A DNA stretch of 64,000 bases from positions 6,478-70,477 of the forward strand of contig DASXDL010000041.1 of NCBI GenBank assembly GCA_036490715.1, read 5' to 3'. This DNA is from Steroidobacteraceae bacterium (lineage in GTDB: Bacteria > Pseudomonadota > Gammaproteobacteria > Steroidobacterales > Steroidobacteraceae). The notes beneath the pieces are model-generated. The model worked only from the letters and a program-made list of their open reading frames with translations, had not been told where the DNA came from and ran no database searches. Below, in pieces: positions 44,969-54,667 of the stretch. Each line of letters opens with the position of its first letter. Positions within the stretch are counted from its first letter, which is position 1. The position numbers were made by a program, and so were the translations under genes.

Positions 44969-46960
44969 ATGGGCCGCTATCGATTTATTCTGATCGCTGT
45001 TGTGGGCGCACTCGCCGCCGGCGCGGCTGTGGCCGACAGCCCGCCGGCGAGCCCGGCCGCCAGCGCTGCGGCAGCCCCGGCCAACGCCGGCACCAATATC
45101 CCGCGCGCGGTCCTGACCGGCGAGCAGGTGATCCAGATCCTCGATCAGACGGTCGATTGGTATCGCACGCTCGGTACCCAGCAGCAATCGGCCAACCAGC
45201 CCAGTGACCTTCTGATCCTGTACGCCAATCAGCAGACCGCCAGTCAGGTGATCTCGCTGGCATTCGACATCGCCCGCGCCAACGCCGAGCTGCTCAGCAG
45301 CGAGGCCAGCAGCGCCAAGCCGTCCGCAACCAGCTCCGCCAACGCGGCCAGCGGCCCCAGTGGCAGCGCCGGCGCCACGGCGCAGTCGATGCAGGCGATG
45401 CAGAAGAAGCTCGACGCTCAAAAGGCCTCGATCCAGTCCGAGATCGATGCCGACCAGCGCGATCTGGCCGCCGGCAAGGGCAACAAGGCCGATCTGGAAG
45501 GCAAGCGCTCCGAGCTGCAGAGCGAGCTGGCCATGATCGGGGCGCGCGCCAACCTGCTCGACACCATGTCGCAGTTCGTCAGTCAGAGCGATGCCAAGTC
45601 AGCCAGCGCCAATGCGCTCAAGGCGCATATCGATGCGATTGCGATGTCGGTGCCGACCGCCGGCATCGCCACGCCGGCCGCGGTCGCGGCCACGCCCGCC
45701 GCCGCTTCGCCGACGGCTAAGGCCCCGCCCGCGAGTGCGGCGACGCCGTTCGCCAGCCCCAGCAGTGCCCAGGATCGACTCGGCATCTGGGACTTGATCC
45801 AGAACGTGCTGCGGCTCTCCAGCAAGCTCAGCACGATCAACGCGATTGATCGGCGCACCGCCGCGCTCGAGCAGACCTTCCACAAGATCAGCGCCGCGCC
45901 GGTCGCGCAGCTCAAGGCGCTGTCGGCCAAGAGCGAAGAGCTGGCCGGGCAGGCCGACAGCGCGCACGGCGATGCACTCAAGAGCGTGCGCGACCAGCTC
46001 GATACGCTGGCGTGGCTGTTCAAGCAGACCTCCGACATCATGCTGCCGCTGGGCAAGGAGGAAATCCTGCTGCAGCAGTACCGCCATAACCTGCAGAGCT
46101 GGCGCGAGTCGGTCGAGCACCAGTATCACGAGGGGCTGGCGGCGCTGGGTGTGCGCGTCGGCATCCTGCTCTTGCTGCTGGCGATGGTCTTCATCGGCGC
46201 GGAGATCTGGCGCCGGCTGGTGCTGCGCTACACCCATGATCCGCGTCACCGCTACCGCCTGCTGCTGCTGCGCAAGCTGACCTGCTGGACGCTGGTGATT
46301 TTGATCGTCGGTCTGACATTCGTGACCGAGCTGAGCACGTTTGCCACTTTCGCTGGCCTTTTGACCGCCGGTGTCGCGGTCGCCATGCAGAGCGTGCTGG
46401 TGTCGATCGTCGGCTACTTTTTCCTGATCGGAAAATACGGCCTGAGGGTCGGTGACCGGGTGCAGATCGGCGCGGTGAGTGGTGAAGTGATCGACATCGG
46501 GCTGGTGCGCATGCATCTGATGGAGCTCAATCCACAGGGGCCGCTGGGCGCCACCGGGCGCGTGGTCGCGTTCGCGAATTCGATCGTGTTTCAATCCTCG
46601 GGCGGCTTGTTCCGGCAGATCCCCGGGGTCAATTTCAGCTGGCACGAGACCACGCTGCGGCTGCCGGATGGCTGCAACTACGTCGCGGCGAAGGAACAGC
46701 TGCTCAAGGCCGTGACCGGCGTGATCAAGGAATACCAGGACGAGCTGGCGCGCCAGACCCGGCAGATCGAGAAGGCCACGGCCTCCAACTCGGTGGGCGC
46801 GGCGATGCCGCAGGTGCAGCTGCGCTTCTCGGCCGCGGCGGTGGAAGCGGTGATTCGCTATCCGGTACAGCTGCAGCACGAAGCCGAGATCGATGAGCGC
46901 GTGTCGAAGGAGCTGGTGCAGGTGCTCACCGAGCTGCAGGGCTCGGTGCGCCACGGCTGA
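44969..46960 (+). CDS. mechanosensitive ion channel family protein (MscS-like, long N-terminal extension)
   Basis: It has a signal peptide, a coiled/low-complexity N-terminal half and TM helices, then the MscS beta domain GDRVQIGAVSGEVIDIGLVRMHL. Confidence 0.8.
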   Translation: MGRYRFILIAVVGALAAGAAVADSPPASPAASAAAAPANAGTNIPRAVLTGEQVIQILDQTVDWYRTLGTQQQSANQPSDLLILYANQQTASQVISLAFDIARANAELLSSEASSAKPSATSSANAASGPSGSAGATAQSMQAMQKKLDAQKASIQSEIDADQRDLAAGKGNKADLEGKRSELQSELAMIGARANLLDTMSQFVSQSDAKSASANALKAHIDAIAMSVPTAGIATPAAVAATPAAASPTAKAPPASAATPFASPSSAQDRLGIWDLIQNVLRLSSKLSTINAIDRRTAALEQTFHKISAAPVAQLKALSAKSEELAGQADSAHGDALKSVRDQLDTLAWLFKQTSDIMLPLGKEEILLQQYRHNLQSWRESVEHQYHEGLAALGVRVGILLLLLAMVFIGAEIWRRLVLRYTHDPRHRYRLLLLRKLTCWTLVILIVGLTFVTELSTFATFAGLLTAGVAVAMQSVLVSIVGYFFLIGKYGLRVGDRVQIGAVSGEVIDIGLVRMHLMELNPQGPLGATGRVVAFANSIVFQSSGGLFRQIPGVNFSWHETTLRLPDGCNYVAAKEQLLKAVTGVIKEYQDELARQTRQIEKATASNSVGAAMPQVQLRFSAAAVEAVIRYPVQLQHEAEIDERVSKELVQVLTELQGSVRHG

Positions 46961-46989
46961 CCACGATAGGCGACCAGCGCCGCAGCGCC

Positions 46990-48990
46990 CTACAGCTTGC
47001 GGTTGGTGCCGGTCACCCGCAGGCGCGGCATTTCGAGCGTGGTGCTGAGGAAATCGAACGCCTCGTCCGCCGGCATCGGCCGCGCCACCAAAAACCCCTG
47101 AATCGAATTGCAGTGCTCGGTGGCCAGAAACTGCCACTGTTCCTGGGTCTCGACCCCTTCGGCGACCACCTCGAGCCCGAGCGCGCGTCCGAGCGCGATG
47201 GTCGCTTTGCACAGCGCGGCATCGTACGGGTCGACCGCGCAGTCCTTCACCAGCGAGCGGTCGATCTTCAGGCAGTCGACATTCAGCAGCTTGAGTCGCG
47301 ACAGCGACGAGTGGCCGGTACCGAAGTCGTCGATCGACAGCGTGACACCCTGCGCCTTGAGCAGCGCCAGCTGCCGTTCGGCGATCTCCGGTGAGCGCAT
47401 GGCGGCGGACTCGGTGATCTCTAGCTCCAGCAGCTTGGCAGGAATGCGCGCCTCGTTCAGCAGCGCAATCACGCGCTCGCTGAAATTGTCACGTGCCAGC
47501 TGCACCGGCGACAGGTTGACCGACAGGCGCAGCGGCTCGCCGCCATCGCCGAGCCAGCGGCCCAGATCGGCGCACGCGGTCTCCAGCACCCACTGTCCGA
47601 TCGCCTCGATCAATCCGGTTTCCTCGGCGATCGCGATGAACACGCCCGGCGGGATCAGGCCGCGCTTCGGGTGATTCCAGCGTATCAGCGTCTCAAATCC
47701 AATCGGCCGACCGGTGATGGTGTCGACGCGCGGCTGGTAGTGCAGCACGAACTCGCGCCGCTCGACTGCGCCGCGCAGGTCGACCTCGAGCGCCAGGCGA
47801 TCGGCGCTGCCGAGCATCGAGGCGTCGAATAGCCGGAACGAATCCCCGCCCTGGTACTTGGCCGCATACATCGCCACATCGGCGTGCTGCAGCAGAGTCG
47901 AGCCGTCGGTGCCATCCTTGGGCGAGACCGCGACTCCGACGCTGGCCGAGGTATAGATCACGCGCCCGGGCAGCGCGATGTTGCCGCCGAGCTGGGCGAA
48001 GATTTTGGAGACGATGGCATCGATCGAGATGTCTTCCTTGATCTCGGTCACCACGATCACGAATTCATCGCCACCGAGGCGGGCGACGATGTCGGTGTCG
48101 CGGACACTGCCGCGGATGCGGCGCGCGACCTCGGTCAGGAGCTTGTCGCCGATGTCGTGGCCGAGAGTGTCGTTGACGTGCTTGAACCGGTCGAGATCGA
48201 CCAGCATCACCGCGCAACGGGTGCGGGTTTCGATCGCCTGCGCCAGCACCCGATCCAATCGCGCCCGAAATCCCAAGCGATTGGCCAGACCGGTCAGCGG
48301 ATCGTGGTAGGCCAGAAACGAGATCTCGCGCTCCGAGCGGCGCAGCTCCTCGCGCACCCGCACCTGCTCGGTGATGTCGGCCTGAATGCAGATCCAGCCG
48401 CGCACACCGCCCTGTGAATCGAGCAGCGGGCGGGCGTCGGTATCGAGCCACCACTCGCGGCCATCCTTGCCGCGCACCAGAATCTCGAAGCGTACCCCGC
48501 GTCCGGCGGCGAATGACTCGCGCACCCGCGCCACCGTGGCCGCATCGGTGCCTTCGAAGTACAGCAGCTTGCTGGTCAACTGGCCGATAGCCTCATCGAC
48601 GCTGTAGCCGGTGAGCCGCGAAAAGCTGTCATTGACCCACACCAGGCGGCGCTGGGCGTCGTTGATCGTCACCGAGTAGCCGGTGGTGCGGGCGACCAGG
48701 CCGACCCACTCCGATTGCACCGGATCCTGGCCCTCGTCGCTGTGCTCGATCTGGGGGCTGCCGGCCGAGGTGTGGGACTTGAGCGGCAGCAGCCACATCA
48801 GCAGCCACGGCGCGCAAAACAGCAGCGTGCACTCGCCCCACTGCAGCACGCCGGCTGTCAGTAACCCGACCGTCAGGCACACGCTCGCCAGCAGGCTGGC
48901 GGCGATAATCAGGCGGCGGGGTGTCACCGAGACCTGGTTGCCGAAGACCATGGGACAGCGTGGACAAGGCGCCGGTTTATTTCCATGCAA
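46990..48990 (-). CDS. membrane-anchored PAS-GGDEF-EAL protein
   Basis: It has N-terminal TM segments, a PAS domain (VWVNDSFSRLTGYS) and intact RLGGDEF. The EAL domain has the variant signature ETLIRW and DDFGTGHSSL. Confidence 0.9.
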   Translation of the reverse strand: MHGNKPAPCPRCPMVFGNQVSVTPRRLIIAASLLASVCLTVGLLTAGVLQWGECTLLFCAPWLLMWLLPLKSHTSAGSPQIEHSDEGQDPVQSEWVGLVARTTGYSVTINDAQRRLVWVNDSFSRLTGYSVDEAIGQLTSKLLYFEGTDAATVARVRESFAAGRGVRFEILVRGKDGREWWLDTDARPLLDSQGGVRGWICIQADITEQVRVREELRRSEREISFLAYHDPLTGLANRLGFRARLDRVLAQAIETRTRCAVMLVDLDRFKHVNDTLGHDIGDKLLTEVARRIRGSVRDTDIVARLGGDEFVIVVTEIKEDISIDAIVSKIFAQLGGNIALPGRVIYTSASVGVAVSPKDGTDGSTLLQHADVAMYAAKYQGGDSFRLFDASMLGSADRLALEVDLRGAVERREFVLHYQPRVDTITGRPIGFETLIRWNHPKRGLIPPGVFIAIAEETGLIEAIGQWVLETACADLGRWLGDGGEPLRLSVNLSPVQLARDNFSERVIALLNEARIPAKLLELEITESAAMRSPEIAERQLALLKAQGVTLSIDDFGTGHSSLSRLKLLNVDCLKIDRSLVKDCAVDPYDAALCKATIALGRALGLEVVAEGVETQEQWQFLATEHCNSIQGFLVARPMPADEAFDFLSTTLEMPRLRVTGTNRKL

Positions 48991-49136
48991 TGGGTGGCAG
49001 TTCAGCCAATTCGCAGGCGCTGGCTCGGATCGCCGATATTGAAATTTCTACTGCAGCAGCCGTGGGTGCCGACGCTGCCAGGCCGCGGTTCGACCCGAAG
49101 CTGTGATGTAGCGCACACTATTGGATAACAGAGGGC

Positions 49137-49165
49137 CGACTCGTGCTGCATGACGGTACGAGTCG
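49137..49165 (+). promoter_or_regulatory. perfect 8-bp stem-loop in the leader of the 49192 CDS
   Basis: cgactcgt-(13 nt)-acgagtcg. It ends 26 nt upstream of the ATG and just before the SD GAAGGGAG. Confidence 0.4.
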
Positions 49166-49191
49166 TAACAACGATCACGAAGGGAGCGTCC

Positions 49192-49584
49192 ATGAATATC
49201 AGGAAGCTGCAGCGCGGACTGAGCTATTGCGGTCGCGTCGAGGCGGTGCGTCAGACCTATCACGTATTCGAAGCATCAGGAGATTTTCTGGTGCTGTCGT
49301 TTGCGCGCTCGAAGGCACGGCGCGGCTCCGGGTATTTCAATTTCGTGCAGCACGAAGCGGTGGAATTCGTGCGCTCGCGGCTGGCGCGCCGCCGCAGCGG
49401 TGTGACCGCCAAGGATGCCATGCAGGTGGCGCAGCGCACGCGGCACGTGCCGAGCAGTCTGGCCGGTTTGAATATCCTCTATGTGCTGGTCGGGCTCGGC
49501 CAGGCGCGGATCCTGCGCTCAGGAGCGAACCGGCAGCTGTTCTTCAAATTGCACAAGCCGCGCAAGCCGCGCGCGCGCGGCTAA
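49192..49584 (+). CDS. small basic hypothetical protein (130 aa), no family recognised
   Basis: ATG at 49192 is preceded by GAAGGGAG. It has more A/T-ending codons than its neighbours. Its stop TAA overlaps the convergent gene's stop (CTAA). Confidence 0.55.
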   Translation: MNIRKLQRGLSYCGRVEAVRQTYHVFEASGDFLVLSFARSKARRGSGYFNFVQHEAVEFVRSRLARRRSGVTAKDAMQVAQRTRHVPSSLAGLNILYVLVGLGQARILRSGANRQLFFKLHKPRKPRARG

Positions 49585-52238
49585 AAGCCGGTCTTGGGTT
49601 TGACGCCGGCCAGAGTTTCCATCAGCAGAGCCGGCGAGTGCGCCAGCGGCGGATGCTCTGTACGCAGCTGCGCGATCACCTGCGGTATTTGCTCGGCCGG
49701 CACCGGCTTGCTGAACAGGTAGCCCTGGACCTGATCACAGCGCACCGTGCGCAGCAGCTGCAACTGCGCGGCAGTCTCGACGCCCTCGGCCACGGTCGAC
49801 ATTCCGCACGAACGCGCCAGCGCCACGATCGTCTCGACGATGGCCAGCGCCTGCGACGTGTCGGTGATATCGTGAATGAAGGACTGGTCGATCTTCAGGG
49901 TATCGATCGGCAGCCGCGCCAGACGGCGCAGCGATGAATAGCCGGTGCCGAAGTCATCGATCGCGACCCGCATGCCGATCTCGCGCAATTGCTCGAGCTT
50001 GCGGGTCGAGGCCTCGACATCCTGCATCAAACTGCTTTCGGTAATCTCGATGTCCAGTCCAGCGGCTTCAGTCGCCCAGGGCTTGATCGCGGTGATCGTG
50101 CGCGGCACGAAGTCGCGGCGCTTCAATTGCACCGGCGAGACGTTGACCGCCACGCGCATCGGCAAAAGTCCGCTGCGAACCCACAGCTGACAGTCGAGCG
50201 CCGCCTGTTCCAGCACCCACTGGCCGACATCGGCGATCAGGCCGGTGCTCTCCAGCAGCGGAATGAAGCGCACGGGTCCGACCAGGCCCGAGGCCGGGTC
50301 CTGCCAGCGGATCAGGGCCTCAAGTCCCTCCACCCGGCCGCTGGCCAGATTGATCTTCGGCTGGTAATGCAGCACGAATTCGTGCCGATCCAGCGCGCCG
50401 GCAAGGCGCGATTCGAAGGCGATGCGATCGCTGCCAAGGGCACGGTCCAGCAGCCCGTAGACGGCATAGTGCTCGTCGGTTTCCTTGGCATGGTTGAGCG
50501 CGGCTTCGGCGTTTTGCACCACGGTGTCGGCACTTTGCCCATCCATCGGAAAGCACGCGACTCCGCAGCGGATCGACGGCCGGATCTCGTGGTTCTCGAT
50601 CCTGAAGGGCTCAACGAAGAAATTGGCCACCTCACTCTGCATCCATCGACCGGTGCCTTCCGACACGGCGCCGCTACGGAAGGCGGCGGCAAAGGTGCCG
50701 CCACCGAAGTGCGCCGCACATTCCGAATCGGCCAGCTCGCGCTTCATGCGGTCGGCGATCTTCCCCAGCAGCAGATCGCTGACGTGGCGCCCATAGGTGT
50801 CGTTGATCAGCCCCAGCCGCTGCACGTCGAACACGATGATCGAGGTGGTCGACTGGGTTTCGGTTTCGTTCTGAAATTTACGCGCCAGCCGCTCGCAGAA
50901 CAGGCTGCGCTTGGCAAGGCCAGTGGCGGCATCGAAATACGACAGGAATTTGACCGTGGTTTCCTTCTCGTAGTACTGCAGCGCGAAGCCGATGTTCGCC
51001 ACCATTTCGCGCAGCGCGGTCACTTCGGACTCGTCAAAGAAATGCAGCTCGTGCGAGCACAGCACGCACACGCCGATGCCGGTGCCGTCCACCATCAGCG
51101 GCAATACGATCAGCGAGCCGATGCCGCTGGCGTGCAGGTGCCCCAGCAGCTGCCTGGCCGCCGCATCGGCCTGCACATCGTTGCAGATCATCGGATTGCC
51201 CGATTGAATGGCCTGCGAGGTCATGGTCTGGGTGCCGGCGGTGTCCTCGAGCGGAAACTGCAGGTCGGTGAGCATCTCGGGGCGCATGCCGGCCGAGGCC
51301 GCCGGAATCATGGTCAGAGACCCGGGGACCACCAGGTTGATCAGCGCCAGTTGGTAGCCGCCATGCTGATGCGCGATGCGGCACACCTCGGTGAGCAGTT
51401 CGGCGCGGTCGGAGATGCGCACGATCGCCGAATTGATGGTGCTGAGCATGCGGGTGACGCGGCTCAGGCGCTGAATGCGCAGCTCCTGCTCGCGCCGCAG
51501 CGTCACGTCGCGGTCGGTACCGCGGTAGCCCAGCAGCTCGCCGCGCGCGCCGTAGATGACGGTTGCGTTGCGCTCCAGCCAGCGCAGCTGGCCGTCGCGG
51601 TGGCGCCAGCGCGCGACTGAACCGCTGAGCTTCATCGGCCCGTGCACCGGGTCGGGCAGCGCCGGCGGATCGTCCGGTCCGGCCACGCGCAAATGATCGT
51701 AGCGATGCTCGAGCAGCTCGGCGGGCTCGTAGCCCAGGATGTTGCGCACCGCCGGACTGGAAAAGGTGAAGCGTCCGGTCGCGTCGAGCTGCCAGATCCA
51801 GTCCTGCGAGGTCGCGACGATGTCGTGCAGCAGATGCTCGGTGGCGCGCTGCTTCAGGCGGGTCTCGGCTTCGCGCAGCGCACGCTCGATCGCCGGCACC
51901 AGCCGCATCAGGTTGGTCTTGAGAACGTAGTCGGTGGCGCCGCGGCGCAGCGCCTCGATCGCGCGCTCCTCGCCGATCGTTCCGGAAACGAATACGAACG
52001 GGATATCGGGCGTGACTTCCTGCGCCACCTTCAGCGCGCCCATGCCGGAGAACTGCGGCATGGAGAAATCCGACAGGATGATGTCGGGGGTGCGCTCGGC
52101 CAGCTCACGGCGCAGATCCGGCTCGGTCTCGACCCGGACGATCTCGCACTGCATCCCGGATTTTTTCAGCCAGCGCGCGACGATCTCGGCCTCGGCGACC
52201 GAATCTTCGACCATCAGCACCTGCAGTTTCTGTGGCAT
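49581..52238 (-). CDS. response regulator with PAS, GAF, degenerate GGDEF and EAL domains
   Basis: ATG at 52238 gives MPQKLQVLMVEDS (REC, DIILSDFSMP). PAS and GAF domains follow. The GGDEF signature is replaced by GGGTF. EAL is intact (LEALIRW, DDFGTGYSSL). Confidence 0.9.
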   Translation of the reverse strand: MPQKLQVLMVEDSVAEAEIVARWLKKSGMQCEIVRVETEPDLRRELAERTPDIILSDFSMPQFSGMGALKVAQEVTPDIPFVFVSGTIGEERAIEALRRGATDYVLKTNLMRLVPAIERALREAETRLKQRATEHLLHDIVATSQDWIWQLDATGRFTFSSPAVRNILGYEPAELLEHRYDHLRVAGPDDPPALPDPVHGPMKLSGSVARWRHRDGQLRWLERNATVIYGARGELLGYRGTDRDVTLRREQELRIQRLSRVTRMLSTINSAIVRISDRAELLTEVCRIAHQHGGYQLALINLVVPGSLTMIPAASAGMRPEMLTDLQFPLEDTAGTQTMTSQAIQSGNPMICNDVQADAAARQLLGHLHASGIGSLIVLPLMVDGTGIGVCVLCSHELHFFDESEVTALREMVANIGFALQYYEKETTVKFLSYFDAATGLAKRSLFCERLARKFQNETETQSTTSIIVFDVQRLGLINDTYGRHVSDLLLGKIADRMKRELADSECAAHFGGGTFAAAFRSGAVSEGTGRWMQSEVANFFVEPFRIENHEIRPSIRCGVACFPMDGQSADTVVQNAEAALNHAKETDEHYAVYGLLDRALGSDRIAFESRLAGALDRHEFVLHYQPKINLASGRVEGLEALIRWQDPASGLVGPVRFIPLLESTGLIADVGQWVLEQAALDCQLWVRSGLLPMRVAVNVSPVQLKRRDFVPRTITAIKPWATEAAGLDIEITESSLMQDVEASTRKLEQLREIGMRVAIDDFGTGYSSLRRLARLPIDTLKIDQSFIHDITDTSQALAIVETIVALARSCGMSTVAEGVETAAQLQLLRTVRCDQVQGYLFSKPVPAEQIPQVIAQLRTEHPPLAHSPALLMETLAGVKPKTGF

Positions 52239-52439
52239 TGAGACCAGGGCAGCGGCGGCGACGATGTCGCGGCGCGCCCACACACTTCAGTGGGATACGC
52301 GATCGAGTGAATGTTCGCACTTCACTGCGCGCGAACGTAGAACCGGAAATGCAGGCTGTGAATTAGGTCCGCGCTGAATCCCAGCTTCAGTCCGTCCTAC
52401 ACCCGATGGGCGTTTTTTTACCTGAAAAAGTGGGTGCGA

Positions 52440-54116
52440 TTAGGACAGCCCGGTGACCGTGCCATCATCGGTGATGTCGATCTTCACCGCCGACGGCACC
52501 TTCGGCAGACCCGGCATGGTCATGATGTCGCCGCAGATCATCACGATGAATTCGGCGCCGGCGGCCAGCCGCACTTCGCGGATGTTGACGATGTGTCCGG
52601 AAGGCGCGCCGAGCAGGGTCGGATCGGTCGAGAACGAATACTGGGTCTTGGCGACGCACACCGGATAGTGGCCGTAGCCCGAATCCTGCAGGCGCTGGAT
52701 ATGCGCTCGCACCTTCTGATCGGCGCTGATGTCGGCCGCACCATAGACCTTGCTGGCGATGGTCTTCATCTTGTCCCACAGCGACAGTGACTCCTCGTAC
52801 ACGAAGGTCATGCTCGACTGCTTCTGCTTGTCGACCACGTCGACCACGGTCTGTGCCAGCTCGGTGGCGCCGCGCGAGCCGTCGGCCCAGTGCCGCGCCA
52901 GCACCACCGGTGCGCCGTGCACCGCCATCTTCGATTTCAGCAGCGCAATCTCGGCGTCGGTGTCGAAGCTAAAGTGATTGATCGCGACCACGCACGGCAG
53001 GCCATAGTGATTGCGCACGTTGGCGACGTGCCGCTCCAGGTTGGCAATGCCCTTCTCGAGTACCTGCAGGTTCTCCTTGTTGACATCGCGCAGATGGCTG
53101 CCGCCGTGATACTTCAGCGCCCGCAGCGTGGCGACGATAACCGCCGCCGACGGCCGCAGCCCGGATTTGCGGCACTTGATGTCGATGAACTTCTCGGCGC
53201 CCAGGTCGGCGCCAAAGCCCGCCTCGGTGACCACGTAATCGGCCAGCTTCAGCGCCGTGCGTGTGGCCAGCACCGAATTGCAGCCGTGCGCAATGTTGGC
53301 GAATGGACCGCCGTGCACGAATGCCGGGTTGTTCTCCAGGGTCTGCACCAGATTGGGCTTGATGGCGTCCTTCAGCAGCACCGTCATGGCACCGTGCGCT
53401 TGCAGGTCGCGCGCCAGCACCGGCTTGAAGTGATGGGTATAGCCCACGACGATGTTGCCGAGCCGGTTCTTCAGATCGGCGATGCCGGTCGCCAGGCACA
53501 GGATCGCCATCACCTCGGAGGCGACCACGATCGTGAAGCCGTCCTGGCGCGGGAAACCGTTGCTCGGGCCGCCCAGCGCCACGGTGATGTCCCGCAGCGC
53601 GCGATCGTTCATATCCATGACCCGCTGCCAGGTGATCCGGCGCACGTCGATGCCGAGCTCGTTGCCGTGATGGATGTGATTGTCGAGCAGTGCCGCCAGC
53701 AGGTTGTTGGCAAGGCCGATGGCGTTGAAGTCGCCGGTAAAGTGCAGATTGATGTCTTCCATCGGCACCACCTGCGCATGACCGCCCCCGGTCGCGCCGC
53801 CCTTCATGCCGAACACCGGTCCGAGGCTCGGCTCACGCAGGCAGATCAGCGTCTTCTTGCCGATGCGATTGAGTGCATCGCCCAGGCCGATGGTGGTGGT
53901 GGTCTTGCCCTCACCGGCCGGCGTCGGGCTGATCGCCGTGACCAGTACCAGCTTGCCGTCCGGCCGGGACTTCAGGCTGTCGATGAAATCAAAGCCAATC
54001 TTGGCCTTGTAACGGCCGTAGCTTTCCAGGCTTGCAAGCGGAATGCCGAGCTTCTCGGCGCACTCGCTGATCGGCCGCAGTTTCGCGCGCTGCGCAATTT
54101 CAATGTCCGAAAGCAC
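52440..54116 (-). CDS. fhs: formate--tetrahydrofolate ligase
   Basis: GTG at 54116 is preceded by GGGAGA and gives (M)[16 protein letters not shown]-loop [12 protein letters not shown]. About 558 aa. The tracked ORF extends to 54182. Confidence 0.93.
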   Translation of the reverse strand: MLSDIEIAQRAKLRPISECAEKLGIPLASLESYGRYKAKIGFDFIDSLKSRPDGKLVLVTAISPTPAGEGKTTTTIGLGDALNRIGKKTLICLREPSLGPVFGMKGGATGGGHAQVVPMEDINLHFTGDFNAIGLANNLLAALLDNHIHHGNELGIDVRRITWQRVMDMNDRALRDITVALGGPSNGFPRQDGFTIVVASEVMAILCLATGIADLKNRLGNIVVGYTHHFKPVLARDLQAHGAMTVLLKDAIKPNLVQTLENNPAFVHGGPFANIAHGCNSVLATRTALKLADYVVTEAGFGADLGAEKFIDIKCRKSGLRPSAAVIVATLRALKYHGGSHLRDVNKENLQVLEKGIANLERHVANVRNHYGLPCVVAINHFSFDTDAEIALLKSKMAVHGAPVVLARHWADGSRGATELAQTVVDVVDKQKQSSMTFVYEESLSLWDKMKTIASKVYGAADISADQKVRAHIQRLQDSGYGHYPVCVAKTQYSFSTDPTLLGAPSGHIVNIREVRLAAGAEFIVMICGDIMTMPGLPKVPSAVKIDITDDGTVTGLS

Positions 54117-54133
54117 GTGCCGATCTCCCGTTG

Positions 54134-54595
54134 CTAATCCTTGTGCGCCGGTGGATCGCGCAGTCGCTGCACGATCCACCACATGTGGCCTTCCGGATCG
54201 AGTGCGCCATAGCTGCGATCGGCCCAGTAGTCCTCGCCGTAGTCGTGCGTCGTCGGCTCCTCGACGATGCGCGCGCCGTGGGCGCGCGCCTGTTCGCAGT
54301 GCCGATCGACATCATCGACGAAAAACATGACCGACTGCGTGCCGGCGCCGCCCAGGGACATTGGACTGCGCATCGCAGCCTTCCAGCGCCGCGGCGACTG
54401 CGCATCCTCCTGCGCCACCATCACCAGGCCACCGTCATACACCAATTCGCTGTGCTCGATGCGGCCGTTGCGGTCCTCGACCCGGAGCCGAAGCTCGAAA
54501 CCGAAGGCTCTACACAGCCATTCGATCGCGGTCGCCGCATCCTGGTAGAACAGCGCGCTCGAGCAGCGCGGCCAATCGCTCGGCGCAGGTTTCAC
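54134..54595 (-). CDS. VOC (glyoxalase/bleomycin-resistance) family protein
   Basis: 153 aa containing [21 protein letters not shown]...[13 protein letters not shown]...[11 protein letters not shown]. It ends 17 nt upstream of fhs. Confidence 0.8.
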   Translation of the reverse strand: MKPAPSDWPRCSSALFYQDAATAIEWLCRAFGFELRLRVEDRNGRIEHSELVYDGGLVMVAQEDAQSPRRWKAAMRSPMSLGGAGTQSVMFFVDDVDRHCEQARAHGARIVEEPTTHDYGEDYWADRSYGALDPEGHMWWIVQRLRDPPAHKD

Positions 54596-54622
54596 GACCG
54601 CTCCTGAGGGGCTGCGACAGCT

Positions 54623-54644
54623 GCCGGCCGCGGTCGCGGCCGGC
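54623..54644 (-). terminator. GC-rich stem-loop downstream of coxC (possible terminator, no U-tract)
   Basis: gccggccgcg-gt-cgcggccggc has perfect 10-nt arms and begins 23 nt after the coxC stop. Confidence 0.4.
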
Positions 54645-54667
54645 TCCTCTGGCGCCGCTGCGCGTGC

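Noticed and set aside
49080-49100. GGTTCGACCC, resembling a tRNA T-loop
   Set aside because: The flanking bases do not form a T-stem, and no acceptor or anticodon arms can be drawn. It is not a tRNA or tRNA fragment.
49192-49584. Assigning the orphan 130-aa protein as a PilZ-domain c-di-GMP receptor
   Set aside because: Only the N-terminal RxxxR is present. The D/N-x-S-x-x-G motif is absent (the best candidate, EASGDF, lacks the Gly), and the C-terminal half looks helical rather than beta-barrel. It is kept only as a weak hypothesis in the findings.
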